32,000 nt of DNA from Candidatus Omnitrophota bacterium. Lineage in GTDB: Bacteria > Omnitrophota > Gorgyraeia > Zapsychrales > JANLHA01. Positions within the stretch are counted from its first letter, which is position 1, and each line of letters opens with the position of its first letter. The notes under the pieces are model-generated. The model was not told the origin of the DNA, did no database searches, and saw nothing but the letters and a program-made list of their open reading frames with translations. The stretch is from positions 360,001 to 392,000 of the forward strand of contig OY759724.1 of NCBI GenBank assembly GCA_963662715.1, in the 5' to 3' direction. The translations under genes and the position numbers were made by a program. Of this stretch, positions 27,693 through 32,000 are shown in pieces.

Positions 27693-30059
27693 CTAAAAAC
27701 CTCGACTCACGCTGAAATAAAATTTTCCGGAACGCTTTTCTTCTCCCGGTTCAGAGTTCAAAGGATAACCGTAATCCAAATTGATCGGCCCCACCGGCGT
27801 CTTGACTCTTAATCCCATTCCGGTCCCGGATTTAAATCCCCCGGAAGCAAAATCCTGCACTTTAGGCCATACATTGCCGATGTCGAAAAACACAGCCAAT
27901 TTAACAAAGTCGATAACCGGGATGACATATTCAACATTTCCGACGAGCAGACTTTCTCCTCCGATGGGATCATTGGTCAAAGAATCAATCGGCCCGACCT
28001 TTCTTTCATCGTAACCCCGAATGCTCCGGGATCCTCCCGCAAAAAACCGTTCAAAAATCGGCACGCTGCCGGAGCCCCCATAAGCCTCGACCATTCCGGC
28101 CCGCACCCGGAACTCCACCACAGATTTGAATGACAAAGGGATATAATAACTCCCCCGGGACACGAAACGATAAAAATCCTTTGTCCCCCCCAGAATGCCC
28201 CCGGCGACATCGGCAGACTGGCTCAGGAACCAGCCGCTTGTAGGGCTGAAAACGTTATCCCGTCTGTCATAGGAAACGGTTGTCCCCATACTGCTGACCG
28301 TATTTTCTCCTTCCTCGGCCAGCAAATCAGCGGACACGTCTTCATCAAAATTATCAATCGTGATCTTTTCTCTCTTATACGTAACATTTCCGCTGAGATA
28401 TTCCGTCAGCTGTTTGCCCAAGCGGACATCCCCCCCTATTCTCTTTTCGTCGTAAGCATACCCGACATCTCTTTCGCGGTCCCGTTCCGTCCTGTAAGCG
28501 TCAAATCCCGCCGAAATCGGATGATTAAAAAGCCAGGGCTCGGTAAAACTCAGGCGCGTATTGCTGCGGGTCGATCCTGTTTCGGCCCGCAAGGAAAGAT
28601 GTTGTCCTCCTCCGGTAAAAGTGGGCCATTCCGTAAAATCAAAATTCTTTTGTTCTATTTCAACAAAACCGACAAACTGATCGACCGTGCTGTATCCCCC
28701 GCCAAAACTTAAAGATCCGGTCTTGGCTTCTTTAACCTGAACAACCAAATTTTTCTCTTCCGGCAGAACCGTATCTTCAATGTCATAATTCACTTCTTCA
28801 AAATATCCCAAGTTCGACAATCGCTGCTTGCTGCGTCTCAGTTTTGTCCCGTCAAACTGATCTCCCGGGAAAAGACGGAGTTCCCGGCGGATCACGACGT
28901 CTCTCGTCCGTTCATTTCCCTGAATCTTTATTTCCTTGACGTAGGCCAACGCCCCTTCATCCACATCCAACCTGATTTCAACCTTTCCTGATATCGGATT
29001 AAGGGAAGAGGACTCCTTAACACTGGCAAAGATATATCCGGCGTCAAAATACTTAATTCTGATATTTGACAAATCGACCGACAACTTTTCCCGGCTGAAA
29101 ACACCGCCGATCTGTATTTCCGTCATACTGTCTAAAAGTTCCTCGCTCGTAAGAATGCTGTTGCCGGAGAACATGACATCCTCGACAAAATACTGTTTTC
29201 CTTCCTCAATATCGATCCTCACCACGAGCAGAGACTCATCAATCTTAATATATTCAAACTTGGCGGTTGCATCAATAAAACCTTCCTTCTCATAGAAAGC
29301 TTTGATCCTTTCTAAATCCTCTTCCAGGACATCCTCTTTCAAATAGCCGGAAGTAAACAGCGAATCCGGACGGGATTTTATGACCTTCATAATCCGCTTA
29401 TCAGGATAATACCGGTTTCCCTGGATCAATATCTTCTTAATCTTCACGCGCGTCCCCTCTTTAATAATAAAATGAAGGGTCGCCTTGTTTGTTAATTCAT
29501 CGACCTTTGTCTCAGTATCTATCGAGACACTGGTCAACCCCTTTTTGATGTAGAGGTCTTCCACCAGCCGAATATCGTCATTTAACGTCTTCCGGTCCAA
29601 AAATTTCCCTTCCTGAGTCCGCATTTTTTTCACAAGAGCTTTGGGCTTGAAATATTTCAGCCGGGAAAACGTGACTTTTTCTATAATGGGCTTTTCTTGT
29701 ACGTAGAAGACAACTTTAAATCCGCCCCGATAATCCTGTTTATCAACACTTACATCAGAAAAATATCCTGTATTATAGAGCCTTTTCAGATCATCGCTGA
29801 TGATATGCTGACTGTACTCCTCATCAACGCGGGATTTAATCTTAAAAAGAATCGTCGTAGTGCTTATTGTCTTATTACCCTTAATTTCAATGCCTTTTAT
29901 CACCTTTTTCTTGCTCTTTAATAAAGAGGAATCCGATGAGGAAGGGCCCGATTCCCAGTGCTCCATTAAGTCATCGGCAGCAAAGAGTTGAGTCCCTGGC
30001 AGGCAACTGCAGAAAATACAGACAGCTGATAATAATACTACTAAAAATACTCTATACAT
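27693..30059 (-). CDS. bamA: Outer membrane protein assembly factor BamA
   Basis: POTRA repeats (IKGIEIKGNKTIS..., IKKILIQGNRYY..., VKEIKIQGNERTRD...) and a C-terminal Omp85 barrel ending in the aromatic beta-signal (KFYFSVSRGF). I prefer ATG 30059, which gives a signal peptide MYRVFLVVLLSAVCIFCSC. The ORF-track start at 30095 is a TTG overlapping the dnaB stop. Confidence 0.9.
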   Translation of the reverse strand: MYRVFLVVLLSAVCIFCSCLPGTQLFAADDLMEHWESGPSSSDSSLLKSKKKVIKGIEIKGNKTISTTTILFKIKSRVDEEYSQHIISDDLKRLYNTGYFSDVSVDKQDYRGGFKVVFYVQEKPIIEKVTFSRLKYFKPKALVKKMRTQEGKFLDRKTLNDDIRLVEDLYIKKGLTSVSIDTETKVDELTNKATLHFIIKEGTRVKIKKILIQGNRYYPDKRIMKVIKSRPDSLFTSGYLKEDVLEEDLERIKAFYEKEGFIDATAKFEYIKIDESLLVVRIDIEEGKQYFVEDVMFSGNSILTSEELLDSMTEIQIGGVFSREKLSVDLSNIRIKYFDAGYIFASVKESSSLNPISGKVEIRLDVDEGALAYVKEIKIQGNERTRDVVIRRELRLFPGDQFDGTKLRRSKQRLSNLGYFEEVNYDIEDTVLPEEKNLVVQVKEAKTGSLSFGGGYSTVDQFVGFVEIEQKNFDFTEWPTFTGGGQHLSLRAETGSTRSNTRLSFTEPWLFNHPISAGFDAYRTERDRERDVGYAYDEKRIGGDVRLGKQLTEYLSGNVTYKREKITIDNFDEDVSADLLAEEGENTVSSMGTTVSYDRRDNVFSPTSGWFLSQSADVAGGILGGTKDFYRFVSRGSYYIPLSFKSVVEFRVRAGMVEAYGGSGSVPIFERFFAGGSRSIRGYDERKVGPIDSLTNDPIGGESLLVGNVEYVIPVIDFVKLAVFFDIGNVWPKVQDFASGGFKSGTGMGLRVKTPVGPINLDYGYPLNSEPGEEKRSGKFYFSVSRGF

Positions 30060-30091
30060 GCCCTTGATTATAGGGGGTAAGCTTTTCTGTG

Positions 30092-31423
30092 TCAATCAAC
30101 ATATGCAAGATTTTCGAATCTCATATATTCTTTTATAAAAGAAAGCTTTATGGTGCCGACCGGTCCATTGCGTTGCTTGGCAATGATAACCTCAGCAACC
30201 CCTCTATTCTCCTCTGTAGGATTATAATACTCCTCACGCATTAAAAGACACACCAAATCAGCGTCCTGTTCTATCGCCCCTGATTCTCTCAGGTCGGACA
30301 ATTGCGGCCGATGATCCTGCCGGCTTTCGACAGCCCGCGACAGCTGGCTTAAAGCGATAATGGGAACTCCCAGCTCCCGTGCCAGCGCTTTGATAGATCT
30401 GGATATTTCAGAAATTTCTTGTTGCCGGCTTTCGGTTTTCATCGTGCCCCGCATCAACTGCAAATAATCTACGATAATCAGCTGAATATCATGATGGGAC
30501 TTCAGCCTTCTTGCCTTCGCCCGTAATTCCAGGGCTGAAATAGCCGGCGTGTCGTCAATGAATATTTTAGAAGTGGACAGTTTTCCCGCGGCAGACGTCA
30601 ATTTCGGCCAGTCAGAGGGTGATAAAAACCCTGACCGGACCTTATGAGCATCGACCCGGGCCTGGGAACAAAGCATACGCTGCACCAGCTGTTCTTTGGA
30701 CATTTCCAGGCTAAAAAAGGCAACACCTTTCTTCTGATCAATACCGATATGCTCCATAATGGAGGCGGCCAAAGCACTTTTCCCCATGGAAGGCCTGCCG
30801 GCCATAATGATCAGATCCGCCGGCTGCAAGCCGGATGTCATGCGGTCAAATTCCGTGAAGGCTGTCGGCAATCCTGTGACATGCTCTTTTCTTTGATAAA
30901 GACTGTCAATCTTCTCAATGCTGGATTTTACGAGTTCTTTAATATGCACCGACTGCTGCCGGTGCTTTAAGTCTGAAATTTCAAAGATAAGTTGTTCCGC
31001 CTTGTCGACGATCTGGCCCACATTCCCTTTGTTCTCATAACAATAATTAACGATCTGGGTGGCATTCTTGATAAGCTGACGTAAAATACCCCGCTCTTTG
31101 ACGATCTGGGCATAGTGTTCGACATTCGCGGCCGTGGGAACCATATCAATCAGCATGGACAGATACGGAATACCCCCGACGGAATCAATGACACCGTCAT
31201 TTTTAAGCTTATCCGAAAGAGTTACGAGGTCGACGTTCTTGCGGTTATTGTATAAATCAAGAATGGCGGAATAAATCTGGCTGTGGGTGTTTTCGTAGAA
31301 CCAGGATTCGTCCAGAATCTCTAAAGCCGTACCGATGGCCTCATCGTCTATCATCATAGCACCCAGAACCGATTTTTCGGCCTCGAGATTTTGGGGAGGG
31401 ATCATTATTTCTTCGCTACCCAT
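30092..31423 (-). CDS. dnaB: Replicative DNA helicase DnaB
   Basis: PPQNLEAEKSVLGAMM N-terminus, Walker A GRPSMGKSALA, and IIVDYLQLM. No intein. An alternative start at ATG 31405 forms a TAATG junction with the rplI stop. Confidence 0.95.
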   Translation of the reverse strand: MGSEEIMIPPQNLEAEKSVLGAMMIDDEAIGTALEILDESWFYENTHSQIYSAILDLYNNRKNVDLVTLSDKLKNDGVIDSVGGIPYLSMLIDMVPTAANVEHYAQIVKERGILRQLIKNATQIVNYCYENKGNVGQIVDKAEQLIFEISDLKHRQQSVHIKELVKSSIEKIDSLYQRKEHVTGLPTAFTEFDRMTSGLQPADLIIMAGRPSMGKSALAASIMEHIGIDQKKGVAFFSLEMSKEQLVQRMLCSQARVDAHKVRSGFLSPSDWPKLTSAAGKLSTSKIFIDDTPAISALELRAKARRLKSHHDIQLIIVDYLQLMRGTMKTESRQQEISEISRSIKALARELGVPIIALSQLSRAVESRQDHRPQLSDLRESGAIEQDADLVCLLMREEYYNPTEENRGVAEVIIAKQRNGPVGTIKLSFIKEYMRFENLAYVD

Positions 31424-31848
31424 ACGCGTATCTTCGCCGTTACCTGTGGATGCAGTTTAATCCCGACTTCGTAAATACCGAGATCTTCGATAGCCTGCTC
31501 AATGATGATTTTCTTTTTGTCAATATCAAATCCTTCCACATCCAAGGCCCGGACAATATCTATTTCCGTAACAGAGCCGTACAATTTATCTAAATCATTG
31601 ACTTCGACCGTAACCGTGCAGGACACTTTGCTCAACTTCTCGGCCAATGCCTCGGCTTCCCGGAGGGCCCGTTCATTCTCAGCTTCTTGTTTAGCTTTTT
31701 GTTTTTCTATTCTCTTCAAATTAGCAGCCGTTGCCACATAAGCGATCTTTTGCGGAATCAAAAAATTCCGGGCATAACCATCCTTAACGTTAACGACGTC
31801 TCCGATTTTTCCAAGTTTACGCACATCTTGACATAATATCACTTCCAT
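31405..31848 (-). CDS. rplI: 50S ribosomal protein L9
   Basis: MEVILCQDVRKLGKIGDVVNVKDGYARNFLIPQKIA is the canonical L9 N-terminus. Start set at ATG 31848 behind AGAGGG. The ORF-track start at 31893 adds 15 non-homologous residues. Confidence 0.95.
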   Translation of the reverse strand: MEVILCQDVRKLGKIGDVVNVKDGYARNFLIPQKIAYVATAANLKRIEKQKAKQEAENERALREAEALAEKLSKVSCTVTVEVNDLDKLYGSVTEIDIVRALDVEGFDIDKKKIIIEQAIEDLGIYEVGIKLHPQVTAKIRVWVAKK

Positions 31849-31911
31849 GGATTTACCCTCTCTTCGTTTAAACTTTAACCGGCCCGAAAACACAAAAACA
31901 TCGTTTCGAAA

Positions 31912-32000
31912 TTATCGTCTCTTCGAACTGCCGACCGATATTAACCCTAAATATCTTGCCCGTTTGACAGCTTGGGTCAGATCCCGCTGATCCTTACCTT
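31912..32000 (-). CDS. rpsR: 30S ribosomal protein S18, C-terminal 28 codons (5' end outside the window)
   Basis: My translation of the minus strand from 31998 gives GKDQRDLTQAVKRARYLGLISVGSSKRR-stop (TAA at 31914-31912). (A/V)(I/V)KRARYL(G/S)L is the conserved S18 C-terminal motif. The rpsR-rplI-dnaB order is widely conserved. Confidence 0.8.
   Translation of the reverse strand, partial: GKDQRDLTQAVKRARYLGLISVGSSKRR

Noticed and set aside
1-32000. Scan for CRISPR repeats, IS or transposase genes, integrases, phage or defence genes, toxin-antitoxin pairs and direct repeats.
   Set aside because: Nothing of the kind was found. Every ORF over 150 aa on the coding strand has a confident housekeeping assignment. 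This is a core, not accessory, region.

Overview
This window is an almost gap-free array of 32 protein-coding genes, all on the minus strand. By my hand estimate it is about 95% coding. Two genes are cut by the window edges: alr on the left and rpsR on the right.

Gene order in the direction of transcription (right to left): rpsR-rplI-dnaB / bamA-skp-lpxD-lpxC::fabZ-lpxA-lpxI / lysS-lolE-lolD-ilvE / mcsA-mcsB-clpC-radA-yacL-ispD-ispF-cysE-cysS-tmk-holB-ricT-metG-mtnA-thiL-tsaE-tsaB-alr. Eight junctions have overlapping stop and start codons. Only seven spacers exceed about 85 bp.

By eye I found no rRNA, tRNA, CRISPR array, transposase or integrase, phage gene, or dispersed repeat. TGA is used as a normal stop, so the genetic code is standard.

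The organism is clearly diderm: it has BamA, Skp, LolD/E and four lipid A genes. Its gene order nevertheless strongly recalls the origin-proximal blocks of Firmicutes.

I do not see a convincing novel multi-gene system. This is ordinary core genome. The best leads are:
- a GC-rich, multi-hairpin 200-bp spacer upstream of lpxD with mutually exclusive helices, which may be an attenuator or cis-regulatory RNA;
- an McsA-McsB-ClpC arginine-phosphorylation module with no CtsR gene or operator;
- the unusual mix of synteny blocks.

Several ORF-track starts look over-extended (thiL, tmk, yacL, rplI, bamA, lpxC::fabZ). I have trimmed them in the feature list.
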